64,000 bases of DNA, taken from positions 1-64,000 of the forward strand of contig NKIB01013019.1 in assembly GCA_002256025.1 (NCBI GenBank), written 5' to 3'. Under the pieces are notes generated by a model that ran no database searches, was not told the DNA's origin, and was given only the letters and a program-made list of their open reading frames with translations. Positions 12,085 through 25,449 of the stretch are shown here, one piece after another. The number at the start of each line of letters is the position of its first letter. Position 1 is the stretch's first letter. This stretch comes from Asterionella formosa (lineage: Eukaryota). A program made the translations under genes and the position numbers.

Positions 12085-15000
12085 TAAATGGCTTTGAGCC
12101 ATGTTATTATATCATTTTCCGACTAATTCTAGAATTATGCTAAAATCGATTCCCTCTTTTGCCCTTTGGCATGATATTAGTTAGTTCATTAAGCTACATA
12201 AGAATAAGATCATTTTTTAACTTGAACATATATTAACTGAGATCTTTCCATTTTAAAAGTGACAGAAACGGTTGAAGTGGCTCAAAGCCATTGATTAAAA
12301 ATTTACCATACATTTAGTTATTTTTATAGGTGACGGTTAGAAAATAATATATCGTTTGCATGTTTTTTCGCGGCAGTTGTATCATTCTTATGCTGATGGT
12401 GTTCCCATTTTATCTTCTCAGTTCCATCAATGACTCCTAGCATTTTTTCGCAGTAGTTGTTGCATCGCTTGCTCTTAGATCTTGTCATGAAATAGGAGTG
12501 ACCAAAGGGTGAGGAAGTGGCGCCATTGCAGTTGCAACTGGTACTGCAGTGTCGCTATGTATCATAGTGCTATGGTATCTGGTAAGTAGAAGTTGCGTCA
12601 TTGTTGGTAATGGAAGATCGCCTGCTCGCTTGTACCATGTTGCCATGATTGTTTTTGTTTGCGCCACTGTCCACTCTGTGGGCTGTTTGCTTAGAATGTC
12701 CGCAATGCAAACAATGCAGTCTGACAATGCTGTTGAATTGTCCCAGTACAGTTGAGCATCACAGCTCTCACAATCTCGAAACAGGCTTCACTACATGGGT
12801 ATGACGGAATCTATTAGTGCTGCTACTGTCATGCAAATGATAAAGCGAAACAATATGTATGATGAATACAAGCGCCTTCTCCGGAATCCCAAACACTGTT
12901 GTGCAAACCACACATTTGATGATGTACTATCGTCTGACCATCAAATTTCCATGATGCATCATAGGATTATGATCATCTGATCATAATTTTTCGTTATATC
13001 ATCTAATAATTGTGATAAATACCCTCGTAATTTAAAAAGTAACCCTTTTGACTATGGAAATTTAATTATTATATGTATTGTTTCTTTTAGGTTCTTTTAT
13101 TTAAATTTCTTGGTAGGATAATGTACCAGTGAAAGTAATGTGGTTTGGCTCATCATCCTCTCCAGTCCTCGCTCTGATTCTTGCAACAACGACAAAGTAG
13201 CCATGTCGAGAGGAACGAGTGTTTGTGATAAAATCTTCATTTGTTGTTCAAGTCATCATATGTCTTCGATGAATCATCATCTACATTGCACAGTATGTTC
13301 CTACTATGCAATCCGTTAAGAGCTTGAAAAGAAATCCAATGAAAACGAAATGGCTCATCACACAAGACGAAAATTTCCGGCCGGTCTGTCACTGGAGCAT
13401 CGGTCAGTGTTACAACCTCAATCATAGCTAAATAACATCCATTATAGAACAGCGCAATCTACTTATCCGTAACATCGTCTCTCTAACAAGAACGTAATAC
13501 ATCTAGAATTGAAACGCAGCATAGCAGGCGATATGCACAAAGAAGCAAGAGACTATGCCGTCTATTTATAGTAACAGAGTGATTCTGGTTTCGTAATTTT
13601 CATGTTCTCATTACATTTTCTTTGTCATCGTTCTAGTTCCTTACCATTAAAGACAAGAGCGTATTCTTTGATGTATCTGGATTATTTCAATGGATGGCAG
13701 CAGTTGGATTTAGACACAAACCTCGACAAAAGCACTAGTAGCTTGCATATGTTCATGAAAAGCGAGACACTTTGCTTGGCCTATCGCCCACCAGCCAGTC
13801 TATACTGCAAAAATGCAAGAAGCACAAGTTGAATGCCCATTTATGGATTCAAGTTTCAGTAGTGCAACAATGTAAAATATTAGAAACCGGAAGTCACATT
13901 TCATCTAATTACGGTTTTCATTAGCTATACTAGTATTGATTGAGAGGAAGCAATGGTAGAATGGCTGCCAAACGGGCGGGGGCAAACACAGAGAATCCTA
14001 CTAATTTTTCTCCCCAATGATCCCAGACCCTTTTTGAATGTCACTTGCTACAGAAAATCTAGAACAGCCGCCATGATCTGTTGATTGTTGCTTTATGGTG
14101 CCACTGACCGAGACCTCCAGAAATCTCAATGATTTGCTTGTTTCTTGAATTGAATGGTGCAAAAGGGATCGAAACCAGTGGAAAAATCAAACTTAAAATG
14201 CTCTGCAAACATCAGGACAATTATGAAAGAGAAATGAAGATTCTTGGGAGGAGAAGTAAAGGGATAATTGCTTCTGGTCTCCTTGCGTGAACAAGAATGG
14301 ATTGAACCAAACAATGTTGACAAATAGATATCTACAGGAAAAGGAAGCATTGCTTTCGGCATCATCAATCTATACACAAGCCTGCGCCACATGATGTCGT
14401 CAATGTAGCTCCCTTGACTTCATCAATGAAGAATTCGATGGGTGGAGCATGTGAGGAAAATCGGGGTTGAGGTTTTCTTGACGCCAACGTGGGCCTGTTT
14501 GGCTGAACTCCTTGCAGATGAAGGCATTGAGTAACCTGGGCCTGTGAAGCCAAAGGATGAAGAAAAATCGATGACCAGGGTGGTGAGATAGTGTCTAGGA
14601 GGGGGGAGCAAAAGTTGTCATAGCTGAACACATTCGAAACTTGTATAGACAATAAATGATGGCATGCCATGGCTGCTCTTGGCTGGCAGCTGCCACCAAG
14701 TCAAGTACAAACACAACAAGGGTGCACAAAAGACAGTCCAATTTTAATCGACTGGCTGATACTTAGTTGTGAGACACACCATTCTGCAAAGGGGTGGACT
14801 TTGATCATTGCTTCGTTCAAAGCACAATCAATTCGAATGCTGTCCAGTGAAACAGCCAATGAAAACAATTGTGGTGGCGAAAAAGCGCAGAACAGATCAA
14901 GAGATTTCATAGGAATTAAAATAACAACAGCAGGGCATATATGATGCACTGCTCCTTGTGTAGACTAGCTATATTTGATCATTTCCATATTTCATACTAT

Positions 15001-17128
15001 ACAGGTGCATGGATGAATCCTCCCGCCCTTTCATTAGATATGCAGCCATGTTGCGATAATTCTACAGGACCTATAGGATTGGTAGTCTGGTGGTCATCAT
15101 TTCCGCATTGTATGCACCAGTAGGAGTCACCATGTATGCATGCATGCTGCGATAATTCTTACAAGACATAAAAATTTGGTAGCTTGGGGGTTATCACTTC
15201 CGTACTGTATACAGGGGGGGAAGGGGTTGCATGCACCATGAGCAACTACTCCGATATAAAGTATGATCTTTAATCAATAAATTTAGATTCGTTTATCCTA
15301 TAACTTTGATCATAACATATTGATCATATGATGAACGGTGTCGTTGATGAGAAAATGAACAATCAACATTTATTTTCAAGAATCAGGATTAATTGATCTT
15401 AAAAATATGATCAAATGATCCTAAACACATGAGCATATTCAGTTTTCCGCTGCACTATTGTGGTAGTTCCATGATAGAAGTAATTACCAGCAATTATACA
15501 GTACTACCGGTAGGCCATATGAATTTTGGTCAATATGTCTAAATGTATGATTTCGACCATTTGAAAAATTGGTGATGACTCCCGTTTATTAAGGGGCTTA
15601 ATTAAATCAGCCACTGACTTGTAGGTACAAGATTTGACACAAAACTCAACAGGTCGTGGAAACTATGAACTCATCATGCATTGTATATATTTGAACTATG
15701 TATAATCAAAATTGATATTAGCATACAAAGGATTTGCCGTATAATGAGCGTGTTTAAAGCTATGCAAATGTTCAACTATGTATACATTTAAACTTCTTGC
15801 AAATCTTTATACATATGTATTCATGGCTGAAACATTTGAAATCATGTTTTCATGTGGTTCCTTGTCATGCATACACTTTGCTCCTGAATTGAAGGATTAA
15901 CACAGATGATGACGCGGAAAACGAAAGTGATAATAAAGCACAATGATACTAGCGGCTTAGAAGAGAAGGGAGGAATCAATTGATGGTAAGTCAAGAGCGA
16001 ATGCCTTTCATGTTCCTTGTCATGCTGCATCCACTTCCTGAAATGAAGGATCTCAAGCAACACATGATGCGAAAAACTGAAGTGACAATACAGCACGATA
16101 AGAATGAGTGAATATGATGTAGAAGGGCGGAATCAACAAGCTGTGCATAGCATCACGGTTTGTCAAGAGCAAATGCCAAGATGATCAATTGCTGGGATTA
16201 CAAATATGGAATGACTCGTCCCGCCCCTTTCAGTGATTCAATAGCTCCTTTTCGATTTGGTGGCTGGCCAACCATCAACGTGGACAAAAGAAATCGTTAA
16301 GTGCTGCCTATCAGCCATCTTTGGATCAATCCACAACTGTTAGAAAAACTGACACATATGTGTTGCTTCTTTCAGGATAATGTTAGACAAACAGTATTTG
16401 TAAGTTACAAAGAGCAGTGTTGGAGCCCATTTATTGATCGATACTTTGCTTCTCATTCAATCTTCGACTGACACATTCTTCTACAGAAATATGCATCAGT
16501 TACTTCCTCAATTTGTGGTAAGTGAAGCAAGATAGAAGCGAAATGAATGTTGTTGTGTAAGCAAAACATGAACAGCTAACAATGAATTGCTTCTCTTTGT
16601 CAGTATGGCTGATTGGAAAAACGAAACGGATTCAATAGTAATAGGAAAATGCGTGAATGCAAACTCAGAACAACCCTCAGGAGTAAATGGAACAAAGCAG
16701 GGGAACAACGGCAAGGCAACCAGTACAACAACCTTCAGAATTGGATTGGGGGAAAGGTGGAAGTGAAAGCGGCACCAACAATCATTGCAATGAGAGCATT
16801 GTAGAACATTCTGTAGCCACTTAAGATATGATAGAATCATAGAACCATTCTTAGCTAAATATACTTCTAAATTTCGATCAATTTCATCCTATTTTAGACA
16901 GTGATATCGATGAGAATTACGATCATGCTAAGATAGATGTATGACAAAAGTATACACATCATATGACCATGTTTAACTAATTATATGATGCAATGGTATC
17001 ATAACTATGATAGTCTCATCATACTTCAAGCTTGGTAAAAGTTTACTGCATGATCATAATTATATGATACATTGATCATATTTTTGATCAAAAAACTATC
17101 ATATATGTGAAAATCCTGTGCCACTTAG
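12085..17128. mobile_element. ~5 kb composite repeat, copy 1 (DNA-transposon-like, with remnants of a pogo/DDE-like transposase C-terminus on the minus strand)
   Basis: Colinear similarity to 41084-51483, from TAAATGGCTTTGAGCCA to AAATCCTGTGCCACTTAG. The minus-strand fragment EWTVAQTKTIMATWYKRAGDLPLP resembles diatom DDE transposase tails. TGATCA-rich blocks. Confidence 0.7.
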
Positions 17129-17134
17129 CCTCTA

Positions 17135-17325
17135 TTGTATCGAAAAATGCCAGTGATGATATTGCCCTCACAAAAGTTTTAGGAGTTTTGGGAAAGTGTG
17201 GGCTGGGTCCAATTGACATACACACCTTGAAAAAGAAAGGTGATGAAGGCCTTGTATCTTGCCATTGTCACATGTATTTAGCAAGTGCGTGGTGTAAACA
17301 TGGGACCCTTGTTTGCCAGTCTTTA
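17135..17325 (+). mobile_element. SWIM-type zinc-finger fragment (MULE-transposase-like)
   Basis: VSCHCHMYLASAWCKH fits the CxC-x(n)-CKH SWIM pattern. Confidence 0.45.
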
Positions 17326-17960
17326 GTTGAAAAACTTCGCACCCCTCAAGTTGTTTTAATTGCCATGGAGGCAGGTATTATGGCTTGGCAAGACGGCAAT
17401 CCCATCACCTGGCCTCTTTCTCCTCCACTGCTCTCAAAACAACATCTTACAGTTTCCATTCACACCGCATTCCTCCAGAAATCAGCTATTGGGTGGAACC
17501 ATGTCTTCTGCGGATACCTATCCACTCTCTGGGGCCTTTCTATGCAATGTTACATGCATCAATGGTATCCCAAGAAAGACTACACTGCTGCCACATGGTC
17601 CCGCCCAGTCATTCATCTGCCTTGCTCCTATTCTTTTACCCTTTGGATAGACCGCGCGCAATGCCTTCACATATGGAGCTAATGCTAAGGAAGACTCAGC
17701 AAAACGCATCCGGAGGACATTAGTTACCGCCATCACCTCAGCTTATCAGAATCAGGTCTCAATTCCTACACAGGTTGATGAACGAGGACATCTTTTTGGT
17801 ATCCCCCTGATCCAAAGGAATCAGCACACCCCCTCCCTAATGGAGGCATAAATAGCTATTTGCCGCGTTGCACAGGCCTGACTAATCAGCCAAGTGAAGC
17901 GCAACCAACATCAGCAGGACACAATCTCCCAGTATCTCGTCCGCCATACTTGACCCTGTT
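17326..17960 (+). mobile_element. Non-LTR retrotransposon (LINE) ORF2 3' fragment
   Basis: AFLQKSAIGWNHVFCGYLSTLWG...WSRPVIHL...LWIDR matches the Q..IGW...G..S..W / LW..RN..LH C-terminal pattern of diatom LINEs. Degenerate. Confidence 0.65.
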
Positions 17961-18259
17961 GCCCATCTGAAATTATCTGATCTGGTTTGTACCAATGTGC
18001 GACAAACCATCTTCCACCTAGTCGAGTATTTTTATAGCATAGCTACTATAAAAATTCCTTACAATATATCTATTCCAGATACTAGAACAGTGGCACAGAT
18101 TCGATTGCCAATCATTGATATCTGCTGATCATCACACTGGTGGTCATACACAGCTAGTATGTATTTAGGTTATTATTTCACAGATGCATGATTTCATACT
18201 TCAGTAGTTACATTCCTTTTTTCATTAGCTATACATTGATTGTTTTCACTTCATGACAG

Positions 18260-18500
18260 CCAGAATAACAGTAATAAACATAGAAATGGTGGTAACCAAG
18301 CATGAAACACACGAAAATTATTGTAACATACAATATCAATTAAAATTGAACACGATGTTTGGAGCACAACCCAAGTATATAATATCAGTTTCCATGAAGA
18401 TGTATGCATTGTAATAGAACTTACACAACAGGCAGCAAAGACACTCCATCACACAATCGAAAGATGAAATACCATAAAAAAGAAATAGAAACCCTGAATG
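18260..18500 (+). repeat. Dispersed repeat, with a direct copy at ~63330-63690
   Basis: Shared AAATTGAACA.GATGTTTGGAGCA and GTATGCATTGT...ACTTACAC.CAGGCA blocks. Confidence 0.7.
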
Positions 18501-18559
18501 GAATTGAGATTTGTATTGTACTGTAGCGAAGCTGATATGGTCATTGGAACTATGTAAAC

Positions 18560-19050
18560 AGCTTTCGCCTGATGTAAACTTCTGAGTGCATCATTATACA
18601 CTGATTTTTATATGGTGAAGCACCTCATTGCATTCATCCCGTGCCTGCGTAGCTTATAACCAAAGTTGAAGAATGGCCACAGATGCCCGTTTATGTGCCA
18701 TGGAGACACTTGTTTCCTCAGATTCTCCAGGATTGCTGAGCCCAGTGGTTTTGATAAACACCCCTGGAGCATAAGAATCCTTCCTATTTGACGCTGTTGT
18801 TTCAATGCAGCCCAGATCTGCACCTTTCCGTTTGCTGAGGTGCCAGGTACATACTGTTCCAGAAAGTCATCCATTGGATTGTGCATTAGATGCTTAATGT
18901 AGTGTAAAAAACCGGGGTTACATTTGTACCTGCCTTCTCTTTAGCGAGTTGGGATGAAAAGTATGTCATCCTATTGTCTCTATTGTATATGATTTTCTTT
19001 GATTTGCAGGTCAAGAAAGGTTCTGTAGATTCGTATTCTCGGCAATGGGG
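18560..19050 (-). mobile_element. LINE ORF2 3' fragment (second copy, opposite strand)
   Basis: AALKQQRQIGRILMLQGCLSK, and RNEVLH in an adjacent frame. Same C-terminal LINE pattern, degenerate. Confidence 0.5.
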
Positions 19051-19342
19051 ACATTCGAAATGTTACAGCAAGGTCTTACACATTGCAATAAGTGAATTAA
19101 AATTTAAATTGACAGGGCAATCATTGTTCATCAATATTGTTGACTGTGAGGCAGACTGGTACCAAAAATGAACTCTTGACATGCCTAACAGTAACCATAT
19201 CGAATGGTTGTCATTGGGCATATTGCTTCTCGGAACAAACTAATTATACAATTTTTTTAACAAAAGGAAATAAAAATAAATAACAATGGGCTGACTCAGC
19301 TGATCTTGTGGCAGATACAACAGCAACTGTTCATGACGTATG

Positions 19343-22133
19343 TCAAAATGCAAGATTCCCAGTAAAAGTAATGGGTCCCAAACTGGTGTTTGACAAACTA
19401 TTCCGTGTTGTAATGGCTCGTTTCAAAGATTGCATGAGATTATCTTGAGATTTCACTCGACGTTGTCGTGTTTTGGATTCGATCCGCCTACTAAACTCCT
19501 TCATCATAGTTGCATGGGCACTTTGGTCAATAATATGTCGCTCTTCCGCCCAATCCAAAAGCTTAGCCATCTCTGTCTCTACACCACCACTCTCATCTGG
19601 TGAACGATGTAACATAATGGCAGGATCCTTCTTGCGTGTGACTCGAACTGTACTAGCGTCCTGTCTCCACGGTTCTCCATCGATCTGAACAGCAACTTTC
19701 TGTTTTATGATGATAGTAGCCTCACGACACTGGCAGAGGCGCTGAGCGTTGCTGAGACCAACACGAATTTGACCAAGATGAAAAGTTCCTCTGATGGAGA
19801 CTATATCGAGCACTCCATCTTGACAGCTGCTTGGCATGTCACAGGCTGTCACTCTTCCAAGCTGTATGTCGTTAGGTAAAGTGTCAGCAGAAGCTAAATT
19901 ATCCATGTTGTCAATTCGATCCAAAGTCTCTACAATCACATCTCTTGTGTACATAGATCTGCAAAGGTACAAGTGAAAGGAAAAGTGAGCTAAGTTGTTG
20001 AGTTGCCAGCAGAAAAAACAAAGCGACTCCAAACATACTCAAAGCTGCGGATCCGTGTTGGTACATTTCCACTTTTCGGCTTAAGTATGAAAGGATCAAT
20101 TGTTTCATCAAAGTTAAGTCTAGATGTGATCTTTGGCTTTGTCCCCATCCCCCACATGGGCACCCCACCAGCATAACTATCGATATTGAGCAATATGATG
20201 CCTTGAGAATCTTCCGGTAGTGGTACTTCAACTCCATCAGCAATTAACGTAATCTCATTTGGAAGATTTGCATGTGAGGCTTTTATGGCATCTTCTGCCC
20301 CAAATACTGCGTACCATGCTTTATTCACAATGCGAGAAAAGAACAGTTTGGGTCGAGATTCCCGCAGCATGTGCACTTGTAACGCGGCTTGGGCATCGAC
20401 TTTTTTGTTTTATCGTGTCAAATTTAAATCGTTAGATAGTGAAATTGACGGTAAATATGATGAATGTAATGACACTCACCTCCTACCCCCAGATAGTTGA
20501 AGAAACTCTTGCTCTCCAATATTCTACCCTTCTTGTTCTCAAGATTCATTTCCCAGCGATCCAGTAATGATATATAAGATTCGGCGACTTGCTCCAAAAT
20601 ACTAATCAATGATTCATTGTTATAGCCTCCTCCCCAACCATGCATTCTCGCCAAGTCGTTCCCAGTGCCCAAAGGAAGGATGGCGATTGGTGGGTTTCGA
20701 GTCAGGGTCATTCGTTCTAAAGCTGAAATGATCCAACTTACTGTACCATCGCCACCACAAACCAGGATGCGTAGTCGCGACATGACACAAAAAGACTGCA
20801 AAACCTTCTCAGGTCCACCGATTGCCAAATCCCAAATTTGAATAGGATTCAAAAGCCTGCGCAATTGCGTAATTAGGAGTTGACCTTGCTGCGGACCACT
20901 GCGTGAATTCACAAAAACCAACAGCGGTGTATCGTCAGTGTTCGCCAAGAACTCGTCGCCCAGAATATAGCCATTTCGATCTGGAACAGGCACTTCCACA
21001 TTCAGGCGACTGAGCGATTCTCTAGAATGGGCCGCATCAAAATATGACATGCCATCTGAAGATGAGGACGCTTCCCTTTGACCCACACACCGTAAAGGTG
21101 ATTTTTCCTCGAGAAAATGTACATTGTGTGATGCTGGTGAGGAGAATGGCGTCATGGGAGAAATTGGAGGTCGTCCAGGTGTGAAACGGTACCCATCTAG
21201 TGAATCTTTCTTTTTGATAGAATTGTCATTTCTTTGTCGCAAACCCAAAGGCACTTTCACACCCTTTTCTCCAACATCGGCTTCACCTAAGTCAGGGCTG
21301 GTCTCTGCGTTTTCATAGACGCTGATAGTTTGTTGGAGCATAATGGCTTCATCCTTCTTCTCTTTCTCTAAATTGTATTGTGGAGTAGTTGATCTAAAGG
21401 TTGCAGCGCTGGCAATGGAAGCGTCATCGTCGTCCTCAGGTTGCTCAATTTGAGGGCTCCTTTTGGATCGCATTTTCAGAATTACTTGCAGCCAATTGCA
21501 GATGGTTCTGAATGCACCGGCATAATCGTAACTGAGAATACTTCTCAACAAAAACAAAATATTTTCTGTGTAATACTGAAGTCTTCGCAATGGATGATCT
21601 TCTTCAAAATCTTCACTCTGGGGCACTTCCTTCCTTTTCGGCTTTATCTTTCCAATAACACGAGGCCTCTCGATGCGTTTGCATTCCGGTGGCAGTACAA
21701 GGCGGCGATAGGGAGAAATTCTGATTGTGTCATAGTGTTTCTCGAAAAATTCCTCTTCAGTCTCTTCCACTTCACAAATCACTCCTGTGCCCACCGTTAT
21801 ACTTGATGTGGTCGACCTCTGAAAACTCTCGATTTTATTTTCACCGATGCTTTCATTTCGAAGCTTTGAAATAGATGGAGATCTTGGATGCACTTGAATT
21901 CGTTCTCCCTTTTCTTTCCGCCAAAGTCGCCATTTCCAAATATCGGGGGAAAGGAGAAGGAAGCAAAAGAAGAAGAGCCATAGACTTACTGAAGCCTTCT
22001 CCCAGTCGAGCTCGCCACGAATGACATTCAATACTAGCGAAAAAGGCGACATCTCTTGTTGGCCCGTTTCTTCGTGTACATCCCGGAGGACTTCGGAAGC
22101 AGCAGCGTGTACAGTGTCCATACCAACACGCAT
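19343..22133 (-). CDS. Diacylglycerol kinase, 3 exons (22133-20480, 20399-20039, 19958-19343)
   Basis: DAGK catalytic motifs PLLVFVNSRSG, ILVCGGDGTVSW, ILPLGTGNDLAR. Accessory motifs FFNYLGVG|VDAQ, LNIDSYAGG, QDGVLDIV, VQIDGEPW. GT-AG introns 20479-20400 and 20038-19959 restore the frame. Confidence 0.92.
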
Positions 22134-23339
22134 TAGGGTCTGCTCCTAGCTGTTCTTGATGTTACCAAATTTCATCTGAGCAGATGCTGTACCGGTAACA
22201 ATTTCACGGGCCTGCTTTCGCAGCAACATCGACGGACCAATCGTCAGTTTACAATACATATATATATAAATAAAATCAATATATTGCTTCATACGGGTGT
22301 ATGTATGCATAAAATAGTAGAGAAGGAAGCACTGAAAAGTCATTTACATAAGGTAGTTATGACTCACAGTCAACTGAGTTGTATGAGTCGACTTTGATTT
22401 ACCAAGCTCTCATCAACCACACATTATTATTCCAACCATAGTGAGCCGGACAATTTAAGCTATTTGGAAGACTGCTAGTTTGAATTCAATGGTTATATGC
22501 CTATGATCAGTAAGTATGAGATAGACATGGGACTATCTATGAATGTATGTTTCTAGAAATGCAAACAGCATTTGGAGAATAGTTTGTTTGATTATTCAAA
22601 CCGAACAACCTAAACTAGTTGAGTAACTCACAATAAGAATATAGAAATGAACGTCTCTATCTATAGCCTTCTTTGTCAAACGATACATTTCTATCTAAAA
22701 AGGTAATACTTTAACACAAATACATATACAATGAATCGATGACATCAATGAAAATGACTCGCCATAAAGAGCATCGTCTCCAGGGCATCGATCCAAAACC
22801 TAAAACCAATTGAAGTTGAAAGTATCAAAACATGTCACTTGGTTGAGAATTCTTTTCAATAGTCGAATTTTACTTATTTTTTCCCACCACATCGACCAAT
22901 TACAAAAATAGTCAAATCTCGTGCCCAAATTTTTGCGATTGAAATAGTCCTGCTGGAGTGTTGTTACATGTGTACAATATTGTTCTCCTGGTAAAGCCGT
23001 CTACTACGATCAATAAGAAAATGAGGGGTAAGTAATACAAGGGACTACTGGTACATGCATATCTGAAGAAACATCCACCGATGACGACTCATCAGATGAC
23101 ACTTCTGTACATACCAGTACCAGTAATGCAAATATGGGAAGAAAACGAGAAGGCAACCAATCATGCAGCAGGAGGAGAAGAGCAAAAAGTCGCTTGGCTA
23201 ATAATGTCTGTAGTGCTGTAGTTTTTTGAACCTTAGCAATTACATTTCCTATAAATTACTTATTCTTAGCAGCTTGCACTAAGCCTATCTAAACTACTAT
23301 GACTATGCATTTGTATATTGGTACCGGTATTCTAGAAGA

Positions 23340-24758
23340 GAAAAACCCTCCCGTGCGGTCAACCTACTCGCTCCTCCCAAGCCTCGAACACAAGAATACT
23401 CGCAAGCAGTTTCCACCCTCGGTCGTGTCTTAGGCCCTTGCTTACTGGTCGGGAAATCGCATTCGGGAAATTTACTAAATTTTTCAATTCCCGAAGAATT
23501 CGAACCCGGCAGTGACTCTCCGAGGCCAAAAAACCCTGTTTCCTACCGCGTAAGAATTCCATTTTGGGGGTTGTCAGAATTTTTTTGGAAAAAACCGTTC
23601 CTTTCCATACCAGAGTTCCATCACTCCTTGCTTATTTTGGAAAAATCGACCATAGAAATACCCCTAGAGCACAATAACACGAGAAAACCACTAGCAATGG
23701 CGTTAAATCAATCAGCTGATCAACAATGGTGGTGCTTTTGGTGGCATTGGTGAGGACCTACAAACAAACAGGATAAATGATAACAAATTATAGGAATTAA
23801 GGATAAGATACTATTATATGTTTTGGGACTTTGATGATCTGATGGATCTGTAGGCCATTGGCTACTAGGCTATGATTCCAATGCAGCGGTGCAATTCCAA
23901 AAATTGAGCTCCCAACAATCCATCGGAGATTAGAATTTCACGACTCCATAATCATCGCTACACATGTCCATAGAACCACCCGTTTGATGCTTCTCGTGCC
24001 CCTGCTGATCTGTTGATTGTAGCATTGTTGTAACCTGCCAATTGGTTGCTTTACTGGTTGCAAATGTCCGCCTTGACATATCTTTCTTTGACTTTCATTT
24101 CGCCAGTTTAAAGCAAATAACCGATTGCCCACCATATCATTGCTTGTCATCGCTGATTTCGTGAGAAAGAGGAGGTATGAAAATGGAAACTGGTGAGTGA
24201 GATTCTGGTGGGCAAAGATGTGCGACAATATCCGGTCTGCTGGTCATCACTTACTTTAAGAAGGTCTTGATGCTTGTTTCTTCAGTGCCAATGTCTTTTC
24301 TTTCCTTTTCAGCGATCCTTAGCAATCAAGTCTAACACCTCGTTGACTACGATATCGTTGACAATATCTTGCCAAGGATCATCAGTAGAATCCTTCTGGG
24401 AGGACAACAGCAAGGAGGACAAGGAGGCCATGGCGGATGAGTGAGCGATTGTTGATTGCCAGCATGTACTGGTTTTTTCATATAAAGGAATATAGTCGGT
24501 CTAGTCAAATTCTATCATTTATGTTATTCTATCTAGTGCTTTGGTTGTGAAATCAAGTTCCCGAACGTGACTAAAGTTTCCGACGAAAATCGTCTGCGTC
24601 GGAAAAATCGACGAATTTCCCGACGCACGTGCTGACTGAAAAAAATTGGTTTTCGGGAAATCAAAACCCGGAAAGTTTAAGTTTCCAACGCGGCAAGGCA
24701 CGGCCAAGAATGGTTGTCGGGAAAAAATTTCAGTCACGAGTTATTTTCCGGAATAGTG
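23340..24758. mobile_element. Degenerate DNA-transposon remnant with subterminal TCGGGAAA/TTTCCGA repeats and a right end ...GGAATAGTG
   Basis: About ten copies of the motif in both orientations at 23450-23495 and 24555-24750. Broken minus-strand ORF (about 23800-24431) with a weak HTH-like TGGSMDMCSDDYGV. Left terminus not found. Confidence 0.4.
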
Positions 24759-24955
24759 TAGCGTAGAATTGTCTCAGTCGTGGTACCAGGTACTCCTTGT
24801 CACGATCACCACCGAACTGTGTTTTCACCATTCCAATTATCTATCGATGGAACAAATCTCAACCTGTTCCACAAAAACCGAATGGAGTAACATCGCACCC
24901 ATCAAAGAGAACCGCTCACAACCCAACCCTCTCAAATTAACAAAGAATCTTCACA

Positions 24956-25354
24956 ATGGCAAACAACAAAAACAACAACGACGACGATCGATATATCGCC
25001 GATTACGACTCCGATCCCCCTTCTTCCATCAACCGCGATGCTTCTGTGGAAGGAGAAAAGTCAGAAAAGCCAACGACTCGACAAATCGGCGGCGCTGCAG
25101 CAGCAGCTGGAATTACCGGCCTGATTATTGGTGGACCCATAATTGCGATTGCTGCTGGGATTGGTCTTGCTGCCTGTGCAACTACCAAGTCCAAGGTTGG
25201 TGAGGTGGCACGAGCATCAGGAGATGCCGTGTCATCCGCTGGAGACAGAGTCAAGCAATGGGATCAGAAACACCACGTCTTAGAAAAGACAGGGAACGGA
25301 ATAATTTCAGGCTGTCACTGGATCGAAAGCAAGTTCAAGGGCAAGCCTGCCTAA
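24956..25354 (+). CDS. Small hypothetical protein with a glycine-zipper-like hydrophobic segment
   Basis: Intact 132-aa ORF, ATG in an ACAATG context, segment IGGAAAAAGITGLIIGGPIIAIAAGIG followed by GEVARASGD. Confidence 0.75.
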   Translation: MANNKNNNDDDRYIADYDSDPPSSINRDASVEGEKSEKPTTRQIGGAAAAAGITGLIIGGPIIAIAAGIGLAACATTKSKVGEVARASGDAVSSAGDRVKQWDQKHHVLEKTGNGIISGCHWIESKFKGKPA

Positions 25355-25449
25355 AGTCGGATCAGCATAGCAGGCGACAACTACTGAGACTAGCCATCAC
25401 GGGTGTTCCAATATAAGTTAGCCCTAGTTATACATTTATAAGTTTGCAT

